Assembly (NCBI GenBank): GCA_965222075.1
Contig: OZ244937.1
Coordinates: 2,048,001 to 2,112,000, forward strand
Length of the DNA: 64,000 nt
Direction: 5' to 3'
From: Candidatus Latescibacterota bacterium
GTDB taxonomy: Bacteria; Latescibacterota; UBA2968; GCA-2709665
A model generated the notes under the pieces. It was not told where the DNA came from. It did not search any database and saw nothing but the letters and a program-made list of their open reading frames with translations. Position 1 is the first letter of the stretch. Each line of letters starts with the position of its first letter. This document shows positions 8,463 through 18,369 of the stretch, one piece after another. The translations under genes were made by a program, and so were the position numbers.

Positions 8463-11400
8463 GTGAACCTCTTCACACCCGAACAGGTCCGCCTCGCCCG
8501 ACAACACGTGGCAGACGATCCCGTTGCACGCAAGACCGCAGACGCCATCTTCAAATCCGCTGCTCCCTGGCTCGAACGGGAGAGTGACGCCATTCGGCAT
8601 TTGATGCCCGACGCTTTCATCCCCCGCACCCGGCACATCACGCCCGGCACCTTCACCGTCAACTATGCCACCGGCTGTCCGGTCCACGACAGGCCGCCGG
8701 AAGACTTTGAGGGCTACTCGCAGTGGGAGTGGATCTACGACCCCTTCAAAGACCGCTGGCGCATCACCTGTCCGGTTGGAGGCGAGACCTACCCCAGCAA
8801 TGACTTCGAAGCCTTTTATCAAACCCGGGACCGCAGCCTGCTCACCGGTCCCTATCCCGACGATGGGTACGGCTGGCGCCCGGATGGGTCTCCCTACCGT
8901 TTCTGGTTCATCGGTTACTGCGGAGACGCGATGTGGCGCACGGTGATGGGCGGCCTCACCGCCCTCTCCCGGGCCTACCTCCTGGGCGGCGACGCCCGGT
9001 ACGCGCACAAGGCCCTGGTTATCCTGGACCGGCTCGCCGAAGTCTATCCCGACATGGACCATTCCAAACAGTCCATGTACGCAGTTGACCTCTCTCCCGG
9101 CTACGACGGAAAGATGTTCAACCTCATTGCCGAGACCGGCACCGTTCGCCAGCTCTGCGAAGCCCTGGACGCCGTCCGGGACGCCATCCCGTCAGATCCG
9201 GTATACGGACCGACCGCAGGCGCCACCCTCTCCAAGCTCGAACGGGGCATCATCGGCGCCAGCATCGAAGGCGTGTACACGGGCCAGGTGCGGGGCAACT
9301 ATGGCATGCACCAGGAGGCCCTGCTCTTCGCCGCCATCGCCTCGGGGGATCAGGTGGAAATCCACAAAGCGGTTGAGTGGGTGCTCAACAACACCGGCGA
9401 GGCCACAAGGCACAAAGAGATGCTCACCAGCTTCGACGACTACATCTTCCGCGACAGGGCCGCCCACGCCGAGGGGCTCAACTTCGCCCTGGACAACCTC
9501 CACTTTCGGGAAGGCATCGGCTGGGAGTCCTCGCCTTCCTACAATGGCTCCTGGATCGGCCACCTCACCGTCGTCGCCGCCCTGCTGGACCGCCTGGGCG
9601 TGCGGGTCTGGGACCGTCCCGGGTTCCGCCGCATGTACCGCTGGCCGGTCGAAATGACCTGCTTAGACCGGTTCACCCCCGCCATCGGCGACTCCGGCGG
9701 CATCGGTTCCGGCCTGGCACAGCCGGGCGCGGCCGTTCTCCGCACCGCGTACGCCGCCACGGGCGACCCCCTCATCGGGGAACTCCTGCGAAAGCACAAC
9801 TTCACCTTCAACAGCTTCGATTCGCTCTTTGAAGAGCCCGCAACGCCTCCCTCAGACAAAGGTGGCGCCGCCGAGATCAAACGCCTCACCGCCTCCAGTC
9901 ACCTCCTGGGAGGCTACGGCCTGGCCCTGCTGAGATCCGGACGCGGAAAGGAGCGCACCGCCGTCTCCCTCTACTATGGTCGGGCCGCCACCGAGCACGC
10001 CCATTTCGACAGGCTCACCTTAGAACTCTTCGGCTACAGCAGAAAACTCATCCCCGACTTAGGCTACGGCGACCATGCCTCCGAAGGGGATCCTCCCGCC
10101 GTCTGGACCAAAAACACGGCCTCCCACGCCACCGTCGTCGTGGACGAACGTCGGCAGGACACCCAGGCCCCCGGCCGGCTCTCTCTGTTCACGTCAACAG
10201 ACGGCCTGAACCTGGTCGAGGTCAACGCCCCCGACACCTACCACCACACCTCGGAATACCGCCGTACCGTCGCCCTCATCGACATCGCGCCCGATGCCCG
10301 CTACGTCCTGGACCTCTTCCGGGTCGCCGGCGGAGACCAACACGACTACAGCCTCCACGGCTTCGACGGCGACTTCAGCACCAGCGGCATTGCCCTCTCG
10401 CCGCAGGCAGCAGGCACCCTTGCCGGGGAGGACGTCCCCTTTGGCGACATCTACGACGACGAGGCCCTCAAAGACCCGGTTCGGAAGGGACGCACCTACT
10501 ACACCTATCGCGGCAGCGGCTACTCCTACCTCTATAACGTCCAAAGAGGCCATCCCGACGGCGTCTGGTCGGCGGCCTGGACCGACGCCGAATTGAACAT
10601 TGGTCTGCGGACTACCTTCCTGCCCTCGGACGGCGCCGTGGTCGCTCAGGGCAAAGCCTCCCGCAGAGCGGGCAATCCCGACGCACTGACCTACATCCTT
10701 CTCCGCAACTCGGGAGACGGCATCGCAAGCCAATTTGCTGCCGTGCTGGAACCCTTTGCTGGCGCGCCTAAAGTCCACATTGCCGAACAGGTCGAACGCA
10801 CCGACTGCTCGACCGCCCTCAAGATCCGCCATCAGCACGGCGAAGACACCCTCTCCCATACCGTGAGCCCAACCGGAACCACCTTCAGCCTGGTCCGCCG
10901 CGACCCGGACGGCAAGCTCATCCGGCTCGACCAGGTCGGACCCGGATCTGTCCGGGCAGACGGACACACGCTCACCATTGAAAAAAGCATCTCCGGGAGC
11001 ATTGTCTCCGTCGATCCCCACACCTCCACCATCCACATCGAACGCGACGCGAACAGCCAGCCCCTCAGACGCGCCCTCATCGGTGAAACCATCCACATCC
11101 ACAACGGCCGCCGCACCACCCCCTACACCATCTCCTCCATAGAAGGCAGGCCTGCCTGCAGCGCGGTGCGCCGCGCAGGCAGGGGCTCCCGCATCGGCCT
11201 GAACAACGAATCCTTCCGCATCGGCAGGTTCCTCACCACCGGCATCAACGCCGACGGATCGGGCCTGTCCACCAAAACCTGCCTCTACCTGGCCTCACAG
11301 GGCTACTACCGGGGCGCTCGCCTGGTGGATGAAACGCATGCGGTGTGGCTGCCTGTAGAAGACGTGAAGCTCTCGCCGCACCGTCCCAAATCTCGCCGGG

Positions 11401-11585
11401 ACGGGTCAATCGCTCTGGTGGGCAATCACGATCTGCACGCGCACTTCACACCCGGACAGATCGCCTATCTCTACGACTTCGGGCCGGGCGATGCCGTCTC
11501 CATCACGCCGCGTGCGACGGCACTCCGCCGGACGGACGGGACCTTCCGGATAAAAGGAAATTGTCGCGCGGTTCTCTCAGCGTAG
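8463..11585 (+). CDS. Heparinase II/III-like polysaccharide lyase (intact frame)
   Basis: The GTG at 8463 has the same context (GGAGCCATT-GTGAACCTC) as the paralogue at 5101. Motifs ESSPSY, HAHFDRL, PDLGY, TASHATVVVDE. No signal peptide. Confidence 0.88.
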   Translation: MNLFTPEQVRLARQHVADDPVARKTADAIFKSAAPWLERESDAIRHLMPDAFIPRTRHITPGTFTVNYATGCPVHDRPPEDFEGYSQWEWIYDPFKDRWRITCPVGGETYPSNDFEAFYQTRDRSLLTGPYPDDGYGWRPDGSPYRFWFIGYCGDAMWRTVMGGLTALSRAYLLGGDARYAHKALVILDRLAEVYPDMDHSKQSMYAVDLSPGYDGKMFNLIAETGTVRQLCEALDAVRDAIPSDPVYGPTAGATLSKLERGIIGASIEGVYTGQVRGNYGMHQEALLFAAIASGDQVEIHKAVEWVLNNTGEATRHKEMLTSFDDYIFRDRAAHAEGLNFALDNLHFREGIGWESSPSYNGSWIGHLTVVAALLDRLGVRVWDRPGFRRMYRWPVEMTCLDRFTPAIGDSGGIGSGLAQPGAAVLRTAYAATGDPLIGELLRKHNFTFNSFDSLFEEPATPPSDKGGAAEIKRLTASSHLLGGYGLALLRSGRGKERTAVSLYYGRAATEHAHFDRLTLELFGYSRKLIPDLGYGDHASEGDPPAVWTKNTASHATVVVDERRQDTQAPGRLSLFTSTDGLNLVEVNAPDTYHHTSEYRRTVALIDIAPDARYVLDLFRVAGGDQHDYSLHGFDGDFSTSGIALSPQAAGTLAGEDVPFGDIYDDEALKDPVRKGRTYYTYRGSGYSYLYNVQRGHPDGVWSAAWTDAELNIGLRTTFLPSDGAVVAQGKASRRAGNPDALTYILLRNSGDGIASQFAAVLEPFAGAPKVHIAEQVERTDCSTALKIRHQHGEDTLSHTVSPTGTTFSLVRRDPDGKLIRLDQVGPGSVRADGHTLTIEKSISGSIVSVDPHTSTIHIERDANSQPLRRALIGETIHIHNGRRTTPYTISSIEGRPACSAVRRAGRGSRIGLNNESFRIGRFLTTGINADGSGLSTKTCLYLASQGYYRGARLVDETHAVWLPVEDVKLSPHRPKSRRDGSIALVGNHDLHAHFTPGQIAYLYDFGPGDAVSITPRATALRRTDGTFRIKGNCRAVLSA
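11151..11183. repeat. 33 bp palindromic in-frame micro-insertion CCTGCCTGC-AGCGCGGTGCGCCGC-GCAGGCAGG
   Basis: Same 9 bp arms as 7206-7236. Adds PACSAVRRA relative to the paralogue (EGRGRGYRI vs EGRPACSAVRRAGRGSRI). Confidence 0.88.
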
Positions 11586-11653
11586 GGGACAGATGCCTGC
11601 CCCCGCCTTGTGAACCTGCTTGCAATCGATGCGTCTCCGCGCTGAATTTCTCC

Positions 11654-11712
11654 TTGACAAGAATTAAAACAATCGTATATTTTAAACTATCGTTTTAATC
11701 AAACGTTTAATT
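11654..11712 (+). promoter_or_regulatory. Sigma-70 promoter overlapped by tandem TetR (PsrA-like) operator sites
   Basis: TTGACA 11654-11659, 16 bp spacer, TATATT 11676-11681. AAAC-N4-GT(A/T)T units start at 11667 and 11684, with a third AAAC at 11701 (17 bp period). Confidence 0.7.
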
Positions 11713-11739
11713 AATCTCCCAAAGAAAGAGGGCTTCTTC

Positions 11740-12393
11740 ATGAATCGCGCCGATACCCGCGAGCGGCTCTTAGACGCCGCCGAACGCCTCTTTGCCCACC
11801 ACGGCATCGGGGCCACCTCGTTGCGGGGCATCACCGCCGAGGCCGGGACCAACCTGGCCTCCATCCACTACCACTTCGGCTCCAAGGAAGCCCTCATTCA
11901 CGCGGTCTTCGCCCGGAGGCTGGAGCCCTTGAATCGGGAGCGGCTCCGGCTCTTAGACGCCGCTGAGGCCACCGCCGACGATGCGCCCCCGCCACTGGAG
12001 TCGCTCATCGAGGCCTTTGTGGTCCCGACCCTGCGCTTGAGGCAGGACCCGGCCCACGACGGCCAGAACTTCATGTGCCTCGTCGGGCGGATCTACTTCG
12101 AACCCAGCGAATTGACGCACACCATCCTGGAACAGTTCGACGAAGTGTTTCGCCGGTTCACCGCCGCCTTACACCGCGCCCTGCCCCACCTGCCAAGGCC
12201 CGAACTCCTCTGGAAATTCTTCTTTACAATCGGCTGCATGGTCTTCCCCTTAGTCGGCACAGAGATCATCAGCCACAAAACGGGCGGCCTCTGCAATCCT
12301 GATGATGTGGAAGGGACCATCCGCCGCCTCGTCTCCTTCATTTCTGCCGGCATGCTGGCCCCGGTTCCGGATCAGATTGGAGAAACGCCATGA
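11740..12393 (+). CDS. TetR/AcrR-family regulator (PsrA-like)
   Basis: N-terminal HTH DTRERLLDAAERLFAHHG...TSLRGITAEAGTNLASIHYHFGSKEAL. Confidence 0.93.
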   Translation: MNRADTRERLLDAAERLFAHHGIGATSLRGITAEAGTNLASIHYHFGSKEALIHAVFARRLEPLNRERLRLLDAAEATADDAPPPLESLIEAFVVPTLRLRQDPAHDGQNFMCLVGRIYFEPSELTHTILEQFDEVFRRFTAALHRALPHLPRPELLWKFFFTIGCMVFPLVGTEIISHKTGGLCNPDDVEGTIRRLVSFISAGMLAPVPDQIGETP

Positions 12394-13844
12394 AACCGCA
12401 ATACCTCCTTCTGGTACTCCCGCTCTTAATCACCGCCTGTGCTTCTGCGCCCGGAATGAAGCACCCTGCCCTCAGAGGCGCCACACCCGAAGAATGGACC
12501 GCAGGCGCCACCACACAAGCCCCCGGCGACACCCTCTGGTGGACCCGCTTCGGCGATGCCCGCCTGGACTCCCTCGTCAGGGAAGCCCTCACCCACAACT
12601 TCAACCTCCAGGCCACGGCCGCAAGGCTCCGGGCCGCCGCCGCACAGGCCAAAATCGCAGGCGCGCCGCTCTATCCCCAGATCGGCGCCGGCTTCGGTGC
12701 CTCCCGCCGCAAGCAGAGCTTCATCGGCCTGCCCATCCCCGGCTCCGGAGGGGTGTTATCCTCCACCACCAACAGCTTTGGCGTCTCCGTTGACCTCTCC
12801 TGGGAGGGCGACCTGTGGGGTCGTCTGGGGGCAGGCAAGGCCGCTGCCACAGCCGATTATCAGGCTGCCCAGGCCGACCTTCGAGGCGCCCGTCTCTCGC
12901 TTTCCGCGCAGACGGCCAAGGCCTGGTTTGCGGCCATCGAAGCGCGCCGGCAGGTGGCGTTGGCGCAGGCGAGCGTGGAGAACTATCAAACCAGCTTAGA
13001 GCAGGTGCGCACCCGCTACGAGCGGGGTCTGCGGCCCTCCTTAGACCTTCGGCTGACCGCCTCCAACCTGGCGATTGCGAAAGACCTGTTGGAGCAGCGC
13101 AAGCAGCGGTATGACAGCGTCCTTCGGCAGCTTGAGCTGCTGCTGGGGCGCTATCCGGGGGCGGTGCTCACCCCGGGCGTGTCCCTTCCCTTTGTGCCTG
13201 AGGAGGTCCCTGCCGGCCTGCCGGCAGACCTGGTGGGTCGGCGTCCCGACCTGGTGGGGGCCGAGCGTCGGCTCGCAGCGTCTTACGCACGGGTCAAGCA
13301 AGCTCGCCGGGCGCTCTACCCCAGAATCAGCCTCACCGCGTCTGGGGGCACGGCCAGCAAGGACCTCAACGACCTGCTCAAGGGAGACTTCAGCGTGTGG
13401 AACATCGTGGGCAACATCGTCCAGCCGCTCTTCCAGGGAGGTCGTCTGCGAGGGGGCATCAACCTTGCCAGATCGCAGTCTGATCAGGCCCTGGCGCTGT
13501 ATGCGCAAAGCGTGCTGGCTGCGTTTGCCGACGTGGAAAGCGCGCTTTCCGCCGAGCAGTTCTTGGCGCACCGTCAGGAGGCGCTGAAAGAGGCCACAGA
13601 ACAGGCCCTGGCTGCGCGCCGCCTTGCAGAGGAGCGTTATGCAAGTGGTCTGACGGATCTGATCACCATGCTGGACTCGCAGCGTCGCGCCTATGATGCG
13701 GAGAGCCGGTTGCTGAGCGTGCGCCGTCTGCGGCTGGACGCTCGCATTGACCTTCATCTGGCGCTGGGAGGCGGGTTCTCGAACCGGACAGAAATCCTTT
13801 CTGCTGCCCACCGTTCATCCAACCAGGGAGTAGAAGTGCAATGA
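12390..13844 (+). CDS. RND efflux outer-membrane factor lipoprotein (OprM/NodT family)
   Basis: Lipobox LITAC, WWTRFGD, LYPQI, WEGDLWG, RRPDL, C-terminal LALGGG. ATGA overlap with the upstream gene. Confidence 0.92.
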   Translation: MKPQYLLLVLPLLITACASAPGMKHPALRGATPEEWTAGATTQAPGDTLWWTRFGDARLDSLVREALTHNFNLQATAARLRAAAAQAKIAGAPLYPQIGAGFGASRRKQSFIGLPIPGSGGVLSSTTNSFGVSVDLSWEGDLWGRLGAGKAAATADYQAAQADLRGARLSLSAQTAKAWFAAIEARRQVALAQASVENYQTSLEQVRTRYERGLRPSLDLRLTASNLAIAKDLLEQRKQRYDSVLRQLELLLGRYPGAVLTPGVSLPFVPEEVPAGLPADLVGRRPDLVGAERRLAASYARVKQARRALYPRISLTASGGTASKDLNDLLKGDFSVWNIVGNIVQPLFQGGRLRGGINLARSQSDQALALYAQSVLAAFADVESALSAEQFLAHRQEALKEATEQALAARRLAEERYASGLTDLITMLDSQRRAYDAESRLLSVRRLRLDARIDLHLALGGGFSNRTEILSAAHRSSNQGVEVQ

Positions 13845-15037
13845 GACGAAACCCTAAAGTCCTCTTCCCCATCGCAGTTCTTGCCGTCGGCATCCTGGGG
13901 ACCGTCGCACTCATCAAATCCCGTCCCCAGATCCAGATCCAGCCGCCGGAGGTTCCCCCTCCCCTGGTCCGGGTGATGCACGTCAAACCCCAGAGCCTGC
14001 AGCTGAAAATCCACGCCCAGGGCAACGTCACGCCCCGAACCGAAAGCACCCTCATCTCCCAGGTGCCCGGGCAGGTCGTCGCCGTCTCCCCCGCCTTCGC
14101 CAGCGGCGGATTCTTTGAAGCCGGCGACCTCCTGGCCAGCATCGACCCGCGCGACTACGAACTCGCGCTTGCCCGCGCCAGGTCCCAGGTCGCCCAGGCC
14201 GAAGTCCGCGTTGCCCGCGAAGGTGAAGAGGCCGTCGTCGCCCGGCAGGAGTGGGAACGGATCGGACAGGGCGAACCCACCGACCTGGTCCTGCGCAAAC
14301 CCCAGCTTGCCGAAGCAAAAGCTGCGCTGGAAGCGGCGCAGGCGAGTATGGAACAGGCCAGGCTCAACCTGGAGCGCACACAAATCCGCGCCCCCTATGC
14401 CGGGAGGGTGCGCTCCAAAACCGTGGATGTGGGGCAGTTCGTCAACCCGGGCGTTCCTCTTGCCAGGATCTACTCGGTCGATTACGCCGAAGTCCGGCTA
14501 TCCGTCCCCGACGACCAGCTGGCCTACCTCGACTATTCCCTGAACTTCCGGAACGAAACACAAGCAGGGCCTGAAACCATCCTTCGCACCACATTCGCCG
14601 GCAGGCGATATGCCTGGCCCGGCCGTATTGTGCGGGTAGAGGGTGAGATTGACCCCCGCACCCGCATGGTCACCCTCGTCGCCCGGGTCAAAAACCCCTA
14701 TGCGCGGGGAGGTGACCCGGACCGTCTCCCTCTGGCCGTGGGCCTTTTTGTGGAAGCCGAAATTCTCGGTCGCCAGGTGGAAAACATCGTGGTTCTGCCC
14801 CGTTCCGCGATAAGAGGGCGCAACCGGGTGCTGGTGGTCGATAATGAAAACCGCCTCCGCTTCCGAACCGTGCACATCCTCCGCGCCAATGCCGGAGAGG
14901 TGGTCGTCCGCTCCGGGTTGGACCAGGGCGAACGGGTCTGCACCTCCCCCCTTGATGCCATAGTAGACGGCATGCGGGTCCGCATCCTCACCGACAACGA
15001 TGATGTTGCGTCTGCGGGGCAAGGGGGTGCGGGATGA
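13841..15037 (+). CDS. RND periplasmic adaptor (membrane fusion protein)
   Basis: N-terminal anchor, lipoyl halves (VPGQV...GGFFEAGDLL; IRAPYAGRV...VGQFV) around a helical hairpin, LPRSAI. Confidence 0.92.
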   Translation: MRRNPKVLFPIAVLAVGILGTVALIKSRPQIQIQPPEVPPPLVRVMHVKPQSLQLKIHAQGNVTPRTESTLISQVPGQVVAVSPAFASGGFFEAGDLLASIDPRDYELALARARSQVAQAEVRVAREGEEAVVARQEWERIGQGEPTDLVLRKPQLAEAKAALEAAQASMEQARLNLERTQIRAPYAGRVRSKTVDVGQFVNPGVPLARIYSVDYAEVRLSVPDDQLAYLDYSLNFRNETQAGPETILRTTFAGRRYAWPGRIVRVEGEIDPRTRMVTLVARVKNPYARGGDPDRLPLAVGLFVEAEILGRQVENIVVLPRSAIRGRNRVLVVDNENRLRFRTVHILRANAGEVVVRSGLDQGERVCTSPLDAIVDGMRVRILTDNDDVASAGQGGAG

Positions 15038-18000
15038 ACCGCGCCATTGCCTGGTTCGCCGAAAACAGTGTTGCCGCCAACCTGCTCATGGCCCTTATCC
15101 TGGGCGGCGGCCTGCTGACGGTCTCCAGCCTCACCATGGAAGTTTTTCCCGAGTTTTCTTCAGATGTGATCTCGGTCTCAATGATCTATCGCGGAGCCGC
15201 ACCCGAAGAGGTCGAGGAGGCCGTCTGCGTGCGCATCGAAGAAGCCATCCAGGGCCTGGAAGGCATCAAGCGCGTCAACTCCACGGCCTCCGAAAACGTG
15301 GGCACCGTCATGATTGAGATCGTCCCCGGCACGGATGCTCGAAAGCTCTTGGATGACGTCAAATCGAATATCAATGCGATCGAAACCTTTCCGGACGAAA
15401 CCGAAGAGCCCGTCATCAAGGAGATGGTCCGCCGCCGCCAGGTGATCAACCTGGCCGTCTCCGGAAACGCCGATGAAACGACCCTCAAATACCTGGGCGA
15501 ACAGGTCCGCGACGAAATCACCGCCCTGCCCGGTGTCACTCAGGTCGAGCTGAGCAATGCGCGCCCCTACGAAATCTCCATCGAAGTCTCCGAAGACGCC
15601 CTGAGGCGGTACGCGCTCACAATGGACGAAGTCGCCCGCGCTGTGCGTCGGTCCTCCCTGGACCTGCCCGGTGGCTCCATCAGGACAGACGGCGGAGAAA
15701 TCCTCCTGCGCACCAAGGGACAGGCCTACCGTGGCCCCGATTTTGAAAGCCTCGTCCTGCGCACCCGCCCCGACGGCACCACCCTCACCCTGGGCGATGT
15801 CACAACCGTGATGGACGGCTTTGCGGAAACCGACCAGTTTGCCCGGTTCAACGGCAAACCCACCGTCATTGTGCAGGTCTTCCGGGTGGGCAACCAGAAT
15901 GCCCTGGAAATCACGGAAAAGGTCAAAACCTACATCGCCGAGGCCCGCACCCGCATGCCCGAAGGCATTTCCCTCACCGTCTGGGCGGACTACTCGCGGG
16001 TGCTCGAAGGCCGCCTGGACCTGATGCTGCGCAACGGCCGCCTCGGTTTTATCCTGGTCTTCGTGATCCTGGCCCTCTTCCTCAGACTCCGCCTCGCCTT
16101 CTGGGTTGCTCTGGGCATTCCGATCTCTTTCTTCGGTGCCATCTGGTTGATGCCCGGCATGGGCGCCTCGATCAACGTCATCTCCCTCTTCGCCTTTATC
16201 GTCGTCCTGGGCATCGTGGTGGACGACGCCATTATCGTGGGCGAAAACGTCTACAGCCACTTCCAGCGGGGCAGCAGAGGCCTGCAGGCCGCTATCGAAG
16301 GGGCCCGGGAGGTCTCCGTACCGGTCACCTTCGCCGTCCTCACCTCCATCGCGGCTTTCTCTCCCCTCCTGATGGTCCCCGGGAACATGGGAAAAATCAT
16401 GAAGCTCATCCCCCAGATCGTCATCGCCACCCTCATCTTCTCCCTCATCGAGTCGCTGTTTATCCTCCCGGCCCATCTTGCCCATTCCAGGATGAACCAC
16501 GACGGCCCGTCAAAAAGGGGTGCCTGGTGGCAGCGCTTCCAGGACCGGTTTGCCTCCGGGCTGCGTCGGTTCATCGACGCATATTACCGTCCTGTGCTCG
16601 AATTCGCCCTGCGCTGGCGCTATCTCACCCTTTCCGTGGGAATCACCACGCTCTTCCTCACGGTGGGCCTGGTTTGGGGCGGCTGGATCCGGCTCGTCTT
16701 CTTTCCCGGTATCGACGCGGACAACGTCGTCGCCCTGCTGACCATGCCCCAGGGCACGCCGGTTGAAGTCACCGCCAGAACCGTCCGCCACCTGGAACGA
16801 ACAGCGATAGCGCTCCGGGAGAAACTCGAAGCAGAGAAAGACCGGAAGCTCTTCCAGCACATCCTGGCCTCCGTGGGCGAACAGCCCTTTCGGGCCGCCC
16901 AGAGACCGGGCCAGGGCCCAGGCGTCTCGGTTTCGGCCTCTCACCTGGGGGAAGTCAACATCGAGCTGGTCCCCTCCGAACGCCGGAACCTGGGCAGCGC
17001 CGAAATTGCCAAACACTGGCGTAAAATGACCGGGCCCATCCCCGACGTGGTGGAACTCACCTTCTCATCTTCCCTCTTCTCCGCGGGTGACGCCATCAAT
17101 GTCCAGCTCACCGGTCCCGATTACGTGGAACTGCGCCGGGCCGCGGAAAAACTCAAAGCGAAACTGAGCGAATACCCCGGCGTCACCGACATCGCCGACT
17201 CTTTCCGCCCTGGCAAGCAGGAAGTCAAACTCTCCCTCACCAAAGAGGCCAAAACCCTCGGCCTCACCCTGTTCGACCTGGCCCGGCAGGTCCGGCAGGC
17301 CTTCTATGGCGAAGAGGCCCAGCGCATCCAGCGCGGCCGGGCCGACATCCGGGTCATGGTCCGCTACCCCCCCGATGAACGGCGTTCGCTGGGCAACTTG
17401 GAAGACATGCGCATCCGCACGCCCGACGGCGGCGAAGTCCCCTTCTCCATAGCGGCCGAATCCGAACTCGGCCGCGGGTATGCCGCCATCCAGCGGACCG
17501 ACCGCCAGCGCATCGTCAACGTCACCGCCGACGTGGACCAGACCCGGGCCAATGCCAACGAAATCCTGGCCGATCTCACCGCCCGGGTCCTGCCCGAAAT
17601 GCTTGCCGACCACCCTCGCGTCCGCTACACCCTGGAAGGCGAACAGCGCGAACAGCGCGAAGCCCTGGGTGGACTCCAGAGCAGCTTCGGCATCGCGATC
17701 CTGATGATCTACATCCTGCTTGCCATCCCCTTCAAATCCTACCTCCAGCCTGTCATCATCATGGCCGCCATTCCCTTCGGCGTGGTCGGCGCCATCTGGG
17801 GGCACATCATCATGGGCATAGACCTCAGCATGCTCTCCCTCTTCGGCGTGGTCGCCTTAAGCGGCGTGGTCATCAATGACAGCCTGGTCATGGTCTCCTT
17901 CATCAACCAGGCCCGAACGCAGAAACTCAGCCTGGAAGGTGCCATACGGGAAGCGGGCGTCGCGCGCTTCCGCCCCATCCTGCTCACCTCCCTCACCACA

Positions 18001-18222
18001 TTTGCGGGCCTCTCGCCCCTCCTCTTGGAAAAAAGCCTCCAGGCCCAGCTCCTCATTCCCATGGCCGTCTCGCTGGGCTACGGCATCATCTTCGGCACCT
18101 TCATCACCCTGATGCTGGTCCCCGTCAGCTACGCCATCTTAGAGGACCTCAAAGCCCTGGGCGCGGGCCTCTTCAAACGACAGCGCGAGGATGCCGGACA
18201 GGATTTGGAGCAGGCGGCATAA
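15034..18222 (+). CDS. RND efflux permease (AcrB/AcrD/AcrF family)
   Basis: 1062 aa, GIVVDDAIIVGEN proton-relay motif, RFRPILLTSLTT. Confidence 0.95.
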   Translation: MNRAIAWFAENSVAANLLMALILGGGLLTVSSLTMEVFPEFSSDVISVSMIYRGAAPEEVEEAVCVRIEEAIQGLEGIKRVNSTASENVGTVMIEIVPGTDARKLLDDVKSNINAIETFPDETEEPVIKEMVRRRQVINLAVSGNADETTLKYLGEQVRDEITALPGVTQVELSNARPYEISIEVSEDALRRYALTMDEVARAVRRSSLDLPGGSIRTDGGEILLRTKGQAYRGPDFESLVLRTRPDGTTLTLGDVTTVMDGFAETDQFARFNGKPTVIVQVFRVGNQNALEITEKVKTYIAEARTRMPEGISLTVWADYSRVLEGRLDLMLRNGRLGFILVFVILALFLRLRLAFWVALGIPISFFGAIWLMPGMGASINVISLFAFIVVLGIVVDDAIIVGENVYSHFQRGSRGLQAAIEGAREVSVPVTFAVLTSIAAFSPLLMVPGNMGKIMKLIPQIVIATLIFSLIESLFILPAHLAHSRMNHDGPSKRGAWWQRFQDRFASGLRRFIDAYYRPVLEFALRWRYLTLSVGITTLFLTVGLVWGGWIRLVFFPGIDADNVVALLTMPQGTPVEVTARTVRHLERTAIALREKLEAEKDRKLFQHILASVGEQPFRAAQRPGQGPGVSVSASHLGEVNIELVPSERRNLGSAEIAKHWRKMTGPIPDVVELTFSSSLFSAGDAINVQLTGPDYVELRRAAEKLKAKLSEYPGVTDIADSFRPGKQEVKLSLTKEAKTLGLTLFDLARQVRQAFYGEEAQRIQRGRADIRVMVRYPPDERRSLGNLEDMRIRTPDGGEVPFSIAAESELGRGYAAIQRTDRQRIVNVTADVDQTRANANEILADLTARVLPEMLADHPRVRYTLEGEQREQREALGGLQSSFGIAILMIYILLAIPFKSYLQPVIIMAAIPFGVVGAIWGHIIMGIDLSMLSLFGVVALSGVVINDSLVMVSFINQARTQKLSLEGAIREAGVARFRPILLTSLTTFAGLSPLLLEKSLQAQLLIPMAVSLGYGIIFGTFITLMLVPVSYAILEDLKALGAGLFKRQREDAGQDLEQAA

Positions 18223-18369
18223 CCGCCACCCCTCCATGCTTGCCACCGGAGCGGGGCGGTGATGGATGAATTTAACACCTTGCTGATATGCCCAACTTTA
18301 TTTATCTTTATCTTGAATAAGTATAGAGTTCACACGCGATGGCAGTACTGGCAAGGAGGCATCACCCCG

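Noticed and set aside
18295-18330. NrtR/NadR-type operator upstream of nadA
   Set aside because: AT-rich, but the dyad symmetry is too weak to support a call.
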